A DNA stretch of 64,000 nucleotides from an uncultured Acidimicrobiaceae bacterium (GTDB lineage Bacteria > Actinomycetota > Acidimicrobiia > Acidimicrobiales > RAAP-2), in NCBI GenBank assembly GCA_963808355.1, contig CAWEFL010000003.1, positions 112,153 to 176,152 of the forward strand. The letters are read 5' to 3'. The notes beneath the pieces are model-generated. The model had not been told where the DNA came from and searched no databases. It saw only the letters and a list, made by a program, of their open reading frames with translations. Position 1 is the first letter of the stretch; each line of letters opens with the position of its first letter. Shown here one piece after another: positions 37,967-48,599 of the stretch. Both the position numbers and the translations under genes were made by a program.

Positions 37967-39181
37967 CTATCCGAGCTTGGTCAGCGCGCTCCGGAGATGG
38001 CGCACCGCCTGGCCGATGCGCTGCTCGTTCTCGATGAGGGCGAACCGCACATGGCCGTCGCCGCCGGGGCCGAAGCCGACACCGGGCGATGTGGCGACGT
38101 CGCCCTCGCTGACGAGGTACTTGGCGAACTCCAAGGAGCCCATCTCGCGGTACGGCTCGGGGATCGGGGCCCAGACGAACATCGTGCCCTGCGGGCGGGG
38201 CCAGGTGCCACCCGATGCGGTTCAGGCCGTCGCACAGCGGTGTCGCGCCGCGACCGGTAGATCTGGTTGATCTCCTTCGGGTAGTCGGGCGCCTCGTTCA
38301 TGGCCACGATGGCCGCGATCTGAATCGGCTGGAAGGTGCCGTAGTCGAGGTAGGTCTTGAGCTTGGTGAGGGCCTGGACGATCTCTGCGTTCCCGACGAC
38401 GAAGCCGACGCGCCAGCCGGCCATGGAGAACGACTTGGTCATCGTGTAGATCTCGACGGCGACCTCCTTGGCCCCGGGCACCTGGAGGATCGACGGGGGC
38501 TCGTAGCCGTCGAACCCGAGGTCCGCGTAGGCGAAGTCGTGGACGAGCACGACTTCGTGCTCGCGTGCGAATGCGACGAGGCGTTCCATGAACGAGAGGT
38601 CGACACAGGCTGTCGTCGGGTTGTGCGGGAACGAGAGCACGATCACTCGGGGCTTGGGCCAGGACTCCTCCCACGCGTGCATCAGTCCCTCGAAGAACGT
38701 GTCGCCGGGGTCGGGCGCGCCGTCGCCCGTGTCCACGAGCGGTCCGTTCAGGGGCACCTGGCGCACGTCGGCGCCGGCGAAGAGAGGCCCCCAGATGTGG
38801 ATCGGGATAGGAGGGCGAGGGTACGAGCGCGGTGTCGCCGGGACCGACCAGCACCCACATCAGGTGCGAGAAGCCCTCTTTGGCGCCGATGGTCGTGACC
38901 ACCTCGGATTCGGGGTCGAGCTCAATGCCGAACTTGCGCTGGTAGAGGTTGGCGACGGCGCTGCGCAGCTTCGGGATGCCTCGCGAGGCCGAGTAGCGGT
39001 GGTTGCGCGGGTTGTGGGCCGCCTCGGCCAGCTTGTTCACGGCGACGTCGGGCGACGGTAGGTCCGGGTTGCCGAAGCCGAGGTCGATCACGTCCCGCCC
39101 GGCTCGCCGCGACGACAGCTTGAGGTCGTTGATCGTGGCGAAGACGTAGGGCGGCAGCCCGTTGATCCGGCGGAACTCCAT
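37967..39181 (-). pseudogene. class I/II pyridoxal-phosphate aminotransferase, at least two frameshifts
   Basis: ATG 39181. [21 protein letters not shown]...GFGNPDLP...[11 protein letters not shown]..., then ...SFPHNPTT...[15 protein letters not shown] (PLP Lys)..., then [10 protein letters not shown]...ATSPGVGFG. Switches are near 38800 and 38215. Confidence 0.8.
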
Positions 39182-39189
39182 CGGGAAGT

Positions 39190-39959
39190 CTACGACGGTC
39201 TCGGCTCCCGGTCGATGGCGCCGCCCCCTCCCGGCCCGACCGCGCCGCCGCGGCCACCAGCTCGTCCACGTCGACCGGCCAGCCGAACACGGCCCAGGTG
39301 GCGCCCGCACGGGCGAGTGCGGCCAACGTGCGGCGGCGAGCGGAGCACTCGGCGGCGGCCCGGCCCACGTCACTTCCAGCCCCTCCGGGCCGCCCGCGCG
39401 CTCGGCCACGAGCGGACGGAGCCACGTCCCACAGGGTGAGCGCCGCGCCCGCGGCGTTCGGTTCCTGCGTGCGGGCGCGCCGCCCGCCGGCGAGCCACAC
39501 CGTCAGCCCCTGCCGCCGCAGCCGGCGGCCCAACGCCACCATCGTCGGTGCGGCGCTCCGACGCCGGCGGATACGGGATGCCATAGGCGCGGTTCTCCGC
39601 GGCGCTCAGGTGGTCGCCCGTCCCGAGGCCGGCGATCGACGCGGCCGGGGGCCAGACGATCGAGCGCGACGAACTGTTCGAACAGCACGTCGTCGGGCAC
39701 CAGGCCGACCCGCGCCACCAGGGTGCCCACGAAGGGCCCGCGCCACGCCGTCGCGTGGAGCGAAGCGGGTGGCCGAGCGCGGCCGCAGTATCGGGAACGG
39801 CGCCAACGCCGGCCGGTCCGGCTGGCCCATCGGCCAGATGTGGTCGTAACAGAACAGCCCGTCGACCCCGACGGCCACGGCGTCGTCCGCGGCACGCAAC
39901 GCGTCGTCGGGCGTGTCCCGGAACGTCGGCAGCACGACGCCGGTACGGAGCACTCCCAT
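39190..39959 (-). pseudogene. LLM-class (luciferase-like, probably F420-dependent) oxidoreductase, several frameshifts
   Basis: ATG 39959. MGVLRTGVVLPTFRDTPDDALRAADDAVAVGVDGLFCYDHIWPMG, then fragments ([69 protein letters not shown]) in changing frames. The 3-prime end is approximate. Confidence 0.45.
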
Positions 39960-39966
39960 CACCGCC

Positions 39967-41009
39967 TCACGCCAGGCCGCCCTGACGCGCCGCCAGCGCC
40001 GCACCCACGGCGCCGGCCCGCTCGTCGAATGCGGCAGGCACGATGACGGCGAGCGGGCGGCGGCGCCCGCCCTCGACCAGCTCGGCGAAGGCCGCCCGCG
40101 CCGAGTCGAGCAGGAGGTCGCCCGCGTCGCGACGAGCCCGCCCCCGAGCACGAAGCATTCCGGGTCGAGCACGCAGGCCAGATTGGCCAGCCCGAAGCCC
40201 AGCCACCACCCGACCTCTTCGATCACCCGCCGGGCGTCCGGGTCACCTGCCGTGGCTGCGGCAGAGACGTCCTCGCCCCGCACGCTCTCGGGATCGCCGC
40301 CCGCGAGCTTCACCACCCGGCCGAGCCGTCCCGCCAACGCGGCCTCCCGGGCCACGCAGGCCCAGCCCGGCGCCCGACGCGAAGCGCTCCCAGCACCCGC
40401 GCCGGCCACACGGGCACGGCGGCCCCGCAGGGTCGACCACCATGTGGCCGATCTCGCCGGCGAAGCCGGCCGCGCCGACCTCCACCCTTCCGTCGACCAC
40501 CAGGCCGCCGCCGATGCCGGTCCCGAGCGTGACCATCAGGACGTGGCGGTAGAGGCGGGCGGCGCCGAGCCGGTGCTCGGCCAGGACGGCGAAGTTGGCG
40601 TCGTTCTCGATCAGCGACGCGGTGCCCGCGCAGGCGGGCGCCGATGCAGCGCGGCCCAGTCGACGCCGTGCGCCTCGGGCAGGTTGGGAGCGAAGCGCAG
40701 ACGGCCGTGGCGGTCGACCATCCCCGGCGCGCCGACGGCGACGGGGGGCGGATCCGAGCGGGAGGACGCCGGGCCGGAGGGCACCGCGGCCGACGTTCGG
40801 ACGCCCGCGGTCAACTCACCGACCACCGCGGAAACGGCGTCCGCCACGTCGCCGGCGTCGATACGGCCGGTCCCCCGTGGCGTGGCGACCCGAGCCTCGG
40901 CGGCGATACGGTCGTCCTGGTCGAGGGCCACCCCGAGGACCTTGGTCCCACCGATGTCGATCCCGAAGGAGACGCCGCTCCCACCGTGTGGGCCGGCGCC
41001 GGGGGTCAC
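39967..41009 (-). pseudogene. ROK-family glucokinase, several frameshifts
   Basis: The GTG 41009 overlaps the SRPBCC stop (GTGA). FGIDIGGTKVLGVALD, LGTGIGGGLVVDG, GHMVVDPAGPPCPCGRRGCWE (ROK Zn motif), LANLACVLDPECFVLGGG, and the tail ...AVGAALAARQGGLA are read in alternating frames. Confidence 0.75.
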
Positions 41010-41449
41010 GAGGAAGACTCGATCTGCGCTTTCAGCTCCCGGAGGCCGTCGACATGATCCGGCTCTGGTCGCCCGCATCTTGATGAAGCCCGGAATGGGC
41101 ACGCGCAACTCGGCCTCGAGGTGGTAGGTGACGTCGGTGCCGCCGCCCTCGCCCGGATCGAAGACATAGCTGCCGTCGAGCTTGGTCGTGATGTCGCCCT
41201 TGTCAGCTTCCAGGCCAGCGTGTGGGGGGCGTCCGAGAAGTCATAGGCGAGGGTGTAGCTGGTGCTGCGACCGAAGGCGGCGGCGCGGAACGTGACCAGG
41301 AGCGGACGGCCCAGGTCGTCGCGCTCCTTGACCTCGACCTCCTTGATGTCGTTGCAGAACTCGGGGTAGCGCTCCAGGTCGGCCGCCACCGCAAAGCACC
41401 GCTCGGGCGGTGCCGCTACCGACATCTGCTGTGTGGCTTGATCGGCCAC
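41006..41449 (-). pseudogene. SRPBCC (START/cyclase-dehydrase fold) protein, two frameshifts
   Basis: MADQATQQMSVAAPPERCFAVAADLERYPEFCNDIKEVEV...SYTLAYDFSDAPHTLAWKL, then ...DITTKLDGSYVFDPGEGGGTDVTYHLEAELRVPIPGFIKMR, then ...DHVDGLRELKAQIE. Confidence 0.6.
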
Positions 41450-41529
41450 GGGCGGTGCTTCCTCCTGTCTTCCCGGCTGCGAGCGGGCGGTGCGTCAGCA
41501 TTGCCACTCCGGCCAGCGCCTCGGCCAGC

Positions 41530-42650
41530 CTAGAAGCGAGAACGTCGTTGTCGAAGGATTCCCTGCACCCTGGCCCGGGCCGCCCGCCCCATCCGCCGCC
41601 GCCGCATGGGATCGGCCAGCAGGCTGCGCAGCGCCTCGGCCACGGCGCCCGGGTCGCCCGGGTTCTCGACGACCAGGCCGGTCACCCCGTCGACCACCGC
41701 CTCGGACGCGCCGCCGCTGTCCCCGGCGATCTGCGGCACGCCCGCCGCGGCCGCTTCCAGGAAGACGATGCCGAACCCCTCCTGCTCAAGCCCGCCCACC
41801 GGTTGCGGCAGGCCATCACGAAGACGTCGGCCGCACCGAGCAGCGCGGTGCGGTCCTCGTCGCTCACCCGGCCCAGGAGCCGCACGGCCGGGCCACTGGC
41901 CGCGGCCAGCCGCTCGCAGCCGCGCCCAGCTCCGCGGCCGTCGCCCCCGATGGCGACGACCAGGTCCGGGTAGGAAGGCGCCAGCCGGTTGGCCGCTTCG
42001 ATCAGGACGTCCATGCCCTTGCGCGGCACCAGGCGGCTGATGCTCACCACCAACGGGCCCATGGGCCGGCAGGCCCAGGCGCGCCCGGGCGGCGCGTCGC
42101 TGCGGGGGCGGCGAGCGGGCTGACGGCCGCGGTCGTCGACGCCGGGCGGGATCTCGATCACGGGGGCGGTGAGCCCGGCGAGCGGCACGGTGCCCCTCCG
42201 CCGCCGGGTAGCTGCCGGCGGACACGATGACCCGCGCGCCGCCGAGCACGTGGGCCAGCGCGGCGCGTGCGCCGGGCAGGCGGCCCGGGATCGCGACCTC
42301 GGCCCCGTGGAGGACGACGCCGTAGGGGACATCCAGGCGCGGCCCGAGGAGCCCGAGCGGGAGCGCCGGATCGAGCAGGACGAGGTCGATGCCGTGCTCC
42401 TCCACGCAGCGGCGCACGGCGGCCAGGGCGCTGGCCGTCGGGAAGAACAGGATCGACCCGGGGACGCGCTCGATGCGGACGCCCCGCTCGGCCTGTGCCG
42501 CGTCGAACGCGGCCGCCTCGGGGTCCGAGGACGCGGTCAGCACCACGAAGGACGACGGAGGTCGAGGCGGCTCCACAGGTCCCAGAGGTAGTTCTGGATC
42601 CCGCCCACCTTGGGTGGGAAGTCGTTGGTGACGAGCAGGTGGCGGGTCAC
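41530..42650 (-). pseudogene. glycosyltransferase family 4 (GT-B; PimB-like N-terminus), at least three frameshifts
   Basis: GTG 42650. VTRHLLVTNDFPPKVGGIQNYLWDLW, ...VVLHGAEV..., SISRLVPRKGMDVLIEA, EGFGIVFLEAAAAGVPQIAGDSGGASEAVVDGVTG (EX7E) are read in alternating frames. Confidence 0.8.
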
Positions 42651-42695
42651 GGCCGACGCACCGTCACCGCGACGCCCGCCGGAGGACGCTGCGGC

Positions 42696-42931
42696 TCAGC
42701 CCGCCTTGGGGCTGAAGCGCAGCGTCGGCACGAGGCCGGCGCGCTCGAGCATGCGCATGGCGCGCGCCTCGTCGGCGTCGATGACCACCGCGTCGTCGGG
42801 CTCACGTCCAGCAAGAAGCTGACGACGCAGTCGTCGCATGCGTCCGTGGCCTGCAGCGCGCAGCACTCGCAGTCGATGGCGAGCCGCTCCTGCGTGTTCG
42901 TCCGGTGTCGACTGTCCCTGGGCGTCGGCAT
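42696..42931 (-). pseudogene. small Cys-rich conserved hypothetical protein, one frameshift
   Basis: MPTPRDSRHRTNTQERLAIDCECCALQATDACDDCVVSFLL, then GREPDDAVVIDADEARAMRMLERAGLVPTLRFSPKAG. One G appears to be missing from a G run near 42808. Confidence 0.5.
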
Positions 42932-43008
42932 GGTCGGTGTCCCTCTCTGTTCGCGCACAGCATGTCCGCGAGGGTGTGACAGCGCCGCGCACGAGCGGCG
43001 ACGCACCA

Positions 43009-43500
43009 TCACGAGGCTCCGCCCAGGGCGCCGCGGGCGGCCCGCAGCGTCTCGCCGATCCCCCAGGCCACACCCTCGGTCCGCACCTCGCGGCGCGTCG
43101 GTGACCACGAGGAACGGCGGGCCGCCGACCCGGTAGTCGCGATAGGCGGCCGTGCTCATGACGACCCGATCCCGGTCGCTCCGGCGCGGCGCCGGCCAGG
43201 GCCGCGATGGCGCCGGGATCCTCGTCGCCGGGGCCCTTCGTCACGACGGCCAGCCGACAGCGCTCGGCCAGGCCCCGCCTGCAGCTGCGTCGAGGCCGTC
43301 CCACAGGTCGTGGCAGCCGAGGCAGCCCGCCGAGAGGAAGAGGAGAAGAACCGGGGTCGGCGGACCCGCAGGACGTCGACCGGACGGCCGCACCGGCGGG
43401 GTCGATCCCCGCGACATCGTGCGGCGTGGTGGTCGGGTGGTCCGCGGTAGGTCGGGATGGGGCGGAGCCGGCGCAGGATCTCGGCCGGCGGCTCGGTCAC
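43009..43500 (-). pseudogene. thioredoxin-fold-like protein with CxxC motif, several frameshifts
   Basis: The GTG 43500 overlaps the upstream stop (GTGA). Fragments VLLLFLSAGCLGCHDLWDGL, RLAVVTKGPGDEDPGAIAALAG, VVMSTAAYRDYRVGGPPFLVVTDA and EVRTEGVAWGIGETLRAA are in changing frames. Confidence 0.4.
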
Positions 43501-43769
43501 GGGACGCCTGACGACTGGCGCCGGGTCCGGCGAGCTCGTCGTCGCTCGATCTCGACCACGCTGCGGCCGTGGCCGCACCAGCGGCAGACCACGCTGTCGA
43601 CGTGGCGGGAGAGCACCTCCTCTCTTCCACCTCGAGCTCGCCGCCGACCGTGTAGTGGTGGAAGGACGTGCGTCTGCTGCGAGATCGTGACGTCGAAGCG
43701 GGTGAGGTTGCCGCAACCGTCGCAGCGGTATCGAGTGGGTCGCCCACGCGGTTCCACGGTAGTCGCCAC
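43497..43769 (-). pseudogene. small zinc-ribbon-like protein (CxxC...CxxC), two compensating frameshifts
   Basis: RYRCDGCGNLTRFDVTISQQT ... SFHHYTVGGELEVEE (other frame) ... VLSRHVDSVVCRWCGHGRSV. Confidence 0.45.
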
Positions 43770-43803
43770 CAGCGGGCAGCGTGCCCTCCCGGCTTTGGCG
43801 TCC

Positions 43804-44606
43804 TCAGATGCGATTGAGCAGCTCCGCTCTTCTTGGCCGCGAACTCCTCCTCGGAAATGATGCCGCGGCGACGCAGGTCGTCGAGCTCGATGAGGCGGTC
43901 CCGGATGTTCGAAGGGGGCGTTGGGCGGCGCCCGCGGCGGTGGATCCGGGCGGCGGTGTGGTGCTCGCTCCGAGCGGCGGCTGTCGTGGTGGTCGTCGGC
44001 TCGTCGACCGACTCGGGTGATCGCTCGGTCTCGTGGTCGGCTCCGACGTCTGTGCGCTTCGTGGCGCGGCGTCGCCGGCGGGCGTCGAAGGGCGCATGTC
44101 GGCCGGGATCGGCTCGCGGCTTCCGCCGCCGACGATCTCGTTGATCTGCCCGTTGATCACCCGCTGCACGACGACGGGCTTGCGCACGAACTCGAGCGTC
44201 AGGAGTCGTCCTCGCCCTGGACGTCGATGATCACCCGGCCGGTGCCGAGGAAGCGCTCCCACAGCGTCTGCGCGAGGTTGATTTCGGTGATGCGCTGCAG
44301 GCGCAGTTGCACGGTGTCACGGCCGAGGATGCCCTGCCGCACCAGGATCCGGGTGGAGGTCAGGGCGATGGTGTACGAGCGCCAGCGCACGAAGCGGCCC
44401 AGCAGCCACAGGCCCGGGATGAGGGCCAGGAACAGGAACGGGTAGTTGGTCCAGCCGGGCGGGTTCCGCACAGACGACACGACGATGACGATCGCAGCCC
44501 AGACGCCGATGGAGGTGAAGAGGGGCCCGAAGAGGAAGACCCAGTGGGGGCGCAGCTCGGCCAGGAGCTCCTCGTCCTCGTTGAGGAACTTCCGAGGCAG
44601 GGCCAT
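43804..44606 (-). pseudogene. membrane bPH_2 (YdbS/YdbT-like PH) domain protein with C-terminal SHOCT motif, about three frameshifts
   Basis: ATG 44606. MALPRKFLNEDEELLAELRPHWVFLFGPLF..(2 TM)..YTIALTSTRILVRQGILGRDTVQLRLQRITEINLAQTLWERFLGTGRVIIDVQGEDDS, then LTLEFVRKPVVVQRVI..., then IRDRLIELDDLRRRGIISEEEFAAKK + AELLNRI. Confidence 0.6.
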
Positions 44607-44666
44607 TCGGAAAGCGTACCGGCGGCACCTAACCCGGGGCTGGGCCGCCGGTCCTAGCGTGGAGCC

Positions 44667-44980
44667 ATGCCGTACGCGGAGGTGACGCCCGAGGAGGTCT
44701 TGGCCCGGCTCGCCCGGGGCGAGGACGTGTACCTGCTCGACGTGCGGGAGCCCGACGAGGTGGCGGAGTGGGCCTACCCGATCGGCGTGCACATCCCGAT
44801 GGGCCAGCTGGGCGAGCGGCTCGACGAGCTCCCGACGGACCGCACCATCGTCGTGGCCTGCCACGCCGGCGACCGTTCGGCGACGGCGGCCCGCGCTCAG
44901 CGAACGCCGGGTGGACGGCGGAGAACCTCGCCGGCGGCGCCATCGCCTGGGCGGCCATGGAGCCCGACGCGCCCAAATAG
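44667..44980 (+). pseudogene. rhodanese-domain sulfurtransferase, one frameshift
   Basis: ...VYLLDVREPDEVAEW...IVVACHAGDRSA (the CxxxxR(S/T) loop), then ...SANAGWTAENLAGGAIAWA in another frame (switch near 44900). Confidence 0.7.
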
Positions 44981-45032
44981 GGCGGGCTGGGAACGACTCG
45001 ATTGTGGAACGAGTCGAGTAGGGCTTGTCGAG

Positions 45033-45105
45033 TAGGGCTGGTGGGGATCGAACCCACGACCCAAGGATTATGAGTCCTCTGCTCTGACCACTGAGCTACA
45101 GCCCC
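45033..45105 (-). tRNA. tRNA with CAT anticodon (Met elongator type, or possibly Ile2/lysidine type)
   Basis: Hand-folded cloverleaf: GGGGCTG TA GCTC AGTGGTCA GAGC A GAGGA CTCATAA TCCTT GGGTC GTGGG TTCGATC CCCAC CAGCCCT A. There is a G1-U72 wobble. It lacks the initiator features (no C1-A72 mismatch, no GGG/CCC anticodon stem). CCA is not encoded. Confidence 0.9.
45070..45105. repeat. left copy of 36-nt direct repeat (5-prime half of the tRNA, G1 to anticodon)
   Basis: ATGAGTCCTCTGCTCTGACCACTGAGCTACAGCCCC on the plus strand. It recurs at 51411-51446 with 34/36 identity. Confidence 0.85.
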
Positions 45106-45113
45106 AAGCTGCG

Positions 45114-45119
45114 ATTATA
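45114..45119 (-). promoter_or_regulatory. perfect TATAAT 8 nt upstream of the tRNA 5-prime end (island-side DNA)
   Basis: Plus-strand ATTATA at 45114-45119 lies within the AT-rich stretch GCGATTATATTTTTAGACG. No convincing -35 at 16-18 nt. Confidence 0.35.
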
Positions 45120-45136
45120 TTTTTAGACGCGTTGCT

Positions 45137-46390
45137 ATGACCCAACAGGTGACCCAACACCCAAAACGCCGGGCCCGACACGCCGCCGATCTCCGGTATC
45201 TCAACGAAAAACGACCCGGCGTGTGGCAGGTGACCGTGTACATCAGGCGCAATCCTGACACGGGCAAACAAGAGTTCAAATACGAGACGGTTTACGGCAC
45301 CCTCGCCCACGCTCAGGCTCGACGTGATGCACTGAGGCTCGCTGTAACGCGAGGGAAATACGATCGGGGTTCCCGTCTCTTCGGCGCCGTGCTCGACGAG
45401 TGGTTGACGCACCTTCGGAAGCAAGGTCGCGAAGAATCGACGCTTGCTGGGTACTCCACGCACGTCGAGCGCGACATTCGCCCCGCGCTCGGGCACCTGC
45501 CCGTAGACAAGCTCACCGCCCGTGACCTCGACCGCTTCTTCGGCGGCATGGGCGACCATCCCGGCGCCCGCAAACCACTGCTGGCGCATCGCAAGCGCCA
45601 CACTGAACACTGCCGTCCGATGGGACTACATCGACGTCAACCCGATCACCAAAGCGACGCGACCGGAGTGGACGACGTTCGAACATCGCGTCCCCACTCC
45701 CGACGAGGTTGAACGTCTACTCGCCGAGGCTGCGCAGGAACCTCGCCGCTCCCTCGTCATGGACGACCCGACACAGATTCCCGACCTGCTCCTCACGGCC
45801 GTGCTGACGGGAATGCGAGACGGTGAACTGTGCGGGCTGAGATTCTCCCAGATCCGCTCTGGCGCTCACGAGAATGATTTCGGCGAGTTAACGGTGAACC
45901 GCACCATCCGGGAAACCGGATCGAGGAGAGCGGGAACGTACAAGTGGGGTCACAAGGACCGAACTAAATCGAAGAAGTACCGCACCATCCCCGTCGACCC
46001 CCGCGTCATCCGAATAGCGCAAAATCGAGCTATAAAAATGGCCGCCGACGCCCGCACGTTGAGCGTCCGCATGCCCGATGATCCCTACGTTTTTCCGAGG
46101 ACCTGGCCGGGTCGGAACCGCTCAAACCGTCATTCGTCTCGGGCACGTTCCGTCGCATCAAGACCCGAGCAGGCGTCGATTGCCGACTCCACGATCTGCG
46201 GGGGTACTCAATCACCGAGATGCTGGGCGCCGGGTACGACGCTCGCACTGTTGCCGACCTCCACGGGCGTGCCGATCCCTCCCTCACCTTGCGTCGCTAC
46301 GCCGTTCTCGCAAAGACACCGGCCGCGAAGCCGCCGCAGCCGTCGGGCGAACGATTCGTACGAACCCGGACGCCCGACCCCCCGCCCTGA
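45137..46390 (+). pseudogene. tyrosine recombinase / phage-type integrase, two frameshifts
   Basis: SAM-like N-domain (WLTHLRKQGREESTLAGYSTHVERDIRPALG). Box I is LLLTAVLTGMRDGELCGLR. Then, after switches near 45560 and 46105, HDLRGYSITEML and LHGRADPSLTLRRYA (catalytic Tyr). Stop at 46388-46390. Confidence 0.85.
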
Positions 46391-46618
46391 ACTCCTGACG
46401 CTCCAGGGCCTGGGCCAGCTCGTAGGGCCGGCTAGCGGGGCCTCCTCCTCTCTCGAGGTTTCTTTTCCAAGACCGAGCATGCTCGGATCTCACAAGGGGC
46501 GGAGGCCCCGCCCCTTCTTCGCATCAGATGAGTGGCGCCTATCGGTTCGCCCGGTCGGGTATGTAAACCCGCTGGCGACCATCCCAAGTTGGACCGAGGA
46601 TCAGGCGCTCAGCTGGAG

Positions 46619-48442
46619 TCAATTGTCGATCTCTACCGCCACCCATGGGCTCGTTTCGTGAAGCCCACCCGGGGCGAAGGCGACGCTGCGAAGGAAGTAC
46701 TCCCCGTTTGGCACCGAATGAGTGTTCCAGCCACCGAGCCAGCCGAAGTCGAATCTGAACCCTTGGCTGATCACTTGGGATCCTCCTTGGCCCCCGCGCC
46801 GTTCGAACTGCACGTTGGTGACCCCGTACTCATCGGAAGCTTCGGCAATCAGAGGCTCCACGCCGCGCAAGACCTGACCGCTTGTCGGTTTTGCCACAAC
46901 GGTCGTCGGCGGAGTGTGATTGATCGGTATCTGCTGGCGGGCGTACTCGGCGGCCTCGCCGGTCGAAAACATGGCGAGATGGTGGGAACGGATGAAGCCC
47001 ACCAGCGCGCGGACGAACCCCGCCGTTTGATATTGCGGACCCAGCTGGCTCGTAACGAGTTCGTCAGGAGCTTGGTCCACATGAACCGTAATGACCACAT
47101 TCGCCGCTTCGTAGCTCCGATCGCCCTCGGCGCCCGAGATGCCATTTACAGTGCCGAAGATGGCGAGAACGCCGATGACCAGAACGACCACCACGGAGGG
47201 CACGGCAGCGACGGGCCTTGATCTCTGCGCACCCTCCGTGGCGCCTCGGTGTGCGAACCGGTCCATCGCGACCAGGTAGGAGCCGGCGACGACGAGTAGA
47301 TCGAATGTGACGTAGCGCGAAGTGCCCGCGCCGCTGAGTCCACCAACGGCTCGGCCGCCGGCGATGGCTGCGGCGAAGAGCAACCCTGTCCAAACCAGCG
47401 CTACCCCGACGGGCCGGCCGGTCGACACATCCACACGAAGGCCCGATGACACGATCGCCCAGATCCCGGCGGCCAAGGTCACGAGCCCCAAGACGAAGAT
47501 GGCGTACTGTCCACCGCTCGGGGAGTTCGAGATGTTGGCGCCGACGATGTCGCCCAGGGCGAAGACGTAGAACCTGAGGAACTCAGCGGGGTGATGGAGG
47601 GCAAAGCTTATGCTTTCACCCGACCCCTGGGATCTCCAGTTGTAGAAGTACAGGGCCGTCGCCAGCACGCCGGCGGTGATCCAAGCGAACACGAAAGGCT
47701 TCGGACGGGTTCTTTGGAGCAAGAGGGCGAGGCCGACGGGCCACACGAAGAGCCCCTGGAGTGACGAGTAGCTGGCGACGACACCGGCGGCTATTGCCCC
47801 AGCGAGCACGACCCAGGTGAGGACGGGGCGATCCACCAGGAAGAGGACGAGCGCGAGCATGATCAAGACGAGATACCAGCCAACCTGGAAGCCGTAGAGG
47901 GTGTCTCCCCACTGCGCCAACGAGAACATGACGATGGCCACCGGGCAGTACCAGATCCACGCCGTCGACGGAGAACGGCGCCGATGTGCCACCACGATGA
48001 GCGCCGTGGCTCCGATCAGGAGCACGACGTCGAGGTACACCTGAACGAGCACGTTGAAGTGGGCCAGGTGCGCAACCAGGAGAGTGATCAGGTTCTGAAA
48101 AAAGATGCGGTTGTCACTGTGCTGATTCCACAACATGCTGAGGCTCAGGGTCCCGTTGAACGAGTGCTGGATCAATTGGACGTCGTACCACTGGTCCGCC
48201 CGGAGCACGTCGAGCGAGTCCCTTGCCGTCAGCCACACATAGAGCCCGATCGGGATCGAAAACCCGAGAACGCCTAGGACCGTGAGGAGTGGACGACTCG
48301 CAACTGCGGCGTCATCGCCAGCTTCGAGCGGGGTGGACTCCGAGACGCCTCGCTCGCCGAGTTTGGCCTCCATTTCCCTGAGCCTCGCCCTCCGGCACCG
48401 ACAACCACGGGATTTCGTCCCCCAGACCGCAGAGTATGGCAT
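46619..48442 (-). CDS. polytopic membrane protein (putative GT-C-fold glycosyltransferase) with C-terminal Ig-like domain
   Basis: Intact 607-aa ORF with many hydrophobic spans by eye. The first loop after TM1 is acidic (ARDSLDVLRADQWYD). The C-terminal soluble domain GVTNVQFERRGG...WLGGWNTHSVPNGEYFLRSVAFAPGG is homologous to the tail of 22499-24836. The start (48442 or 48373) is uncertain. Confidence 0.6.
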   Translation of the reverse strand: MPYSAVWGTKSRGCRCRRARLREMEAKLGERGVSESTPLEAGDDAAVASRPLLTVLGVLGFSIPIGLYVWLTARDSLDVLRADQWYDVQLIQHSFNGTLSLSMLWNQHSDNRIFFQNLITLLVAHLAHFNVLVQVYLDVVLLIGATALIVVAHRRRSPSTAWIWYCPVAIVMFSLAQWGDTLYGFQVGWYLVLIMLALVLFLVDRPVLTWVVLAGAIAAGVVASYSSLQGLFVWPVGLALLLQRTRPKPFVFAWITAGVLATALYFYNWRSQGSGESISFALHHPAEFLRFYVFALGDIVGANISNSPSGGQYAIFVLGLVTLAAGIWAIVSSGLRVDVSTGRPVGVALVWTGLLFAAAIAGGRAVGGLSGAGTSRYVTFDLLVVAGSYLVAMDRFAHRGATEGAQRSRPVAAVPSVVVVLVIGVLAIFGTVNGISGAEGDRSYEAANVVITVHVDQAPDELVTSQLGPQYQTAGFVRALVGFIRSHHLAMFSTGEAAEYARQQIPINHTPPTTVVAKPTSGQVLRGVEPLIAEASDEYGVTNVQFERRGGQGGSQVISQGFRFDFGWLGGWNTHSVPNGEYFLRSVAFAPGGLHETSPWVAVEIDN

Positions 48443-48599
48443 CGATTCCTCGCCGAGCGCCGTCCCGGGATGCAGGGCGCGCCTTCCTTGAACCTGCTGA
48501 TCCAGGTGTCCGCAGATGTCAGACTGCGAGGAACCTATGGGCGTAGGCGTGTCGGTGCCACAAGTCGAAACTCAAGCCCCGGCTTCAGGCGTTGGCCTC

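Noticed and set aside
36269-46390. A run of 13 consecutive disrupted genes, considered as evidence for a specifically decaying genomic region.
   Set aside because: The run contains genes that are normally important (plsC, aminotransferase, glucokinase) and shows only indel-type damage. I fold it into the general frameshift finding rather than claiming region-specific pseudogenisation.
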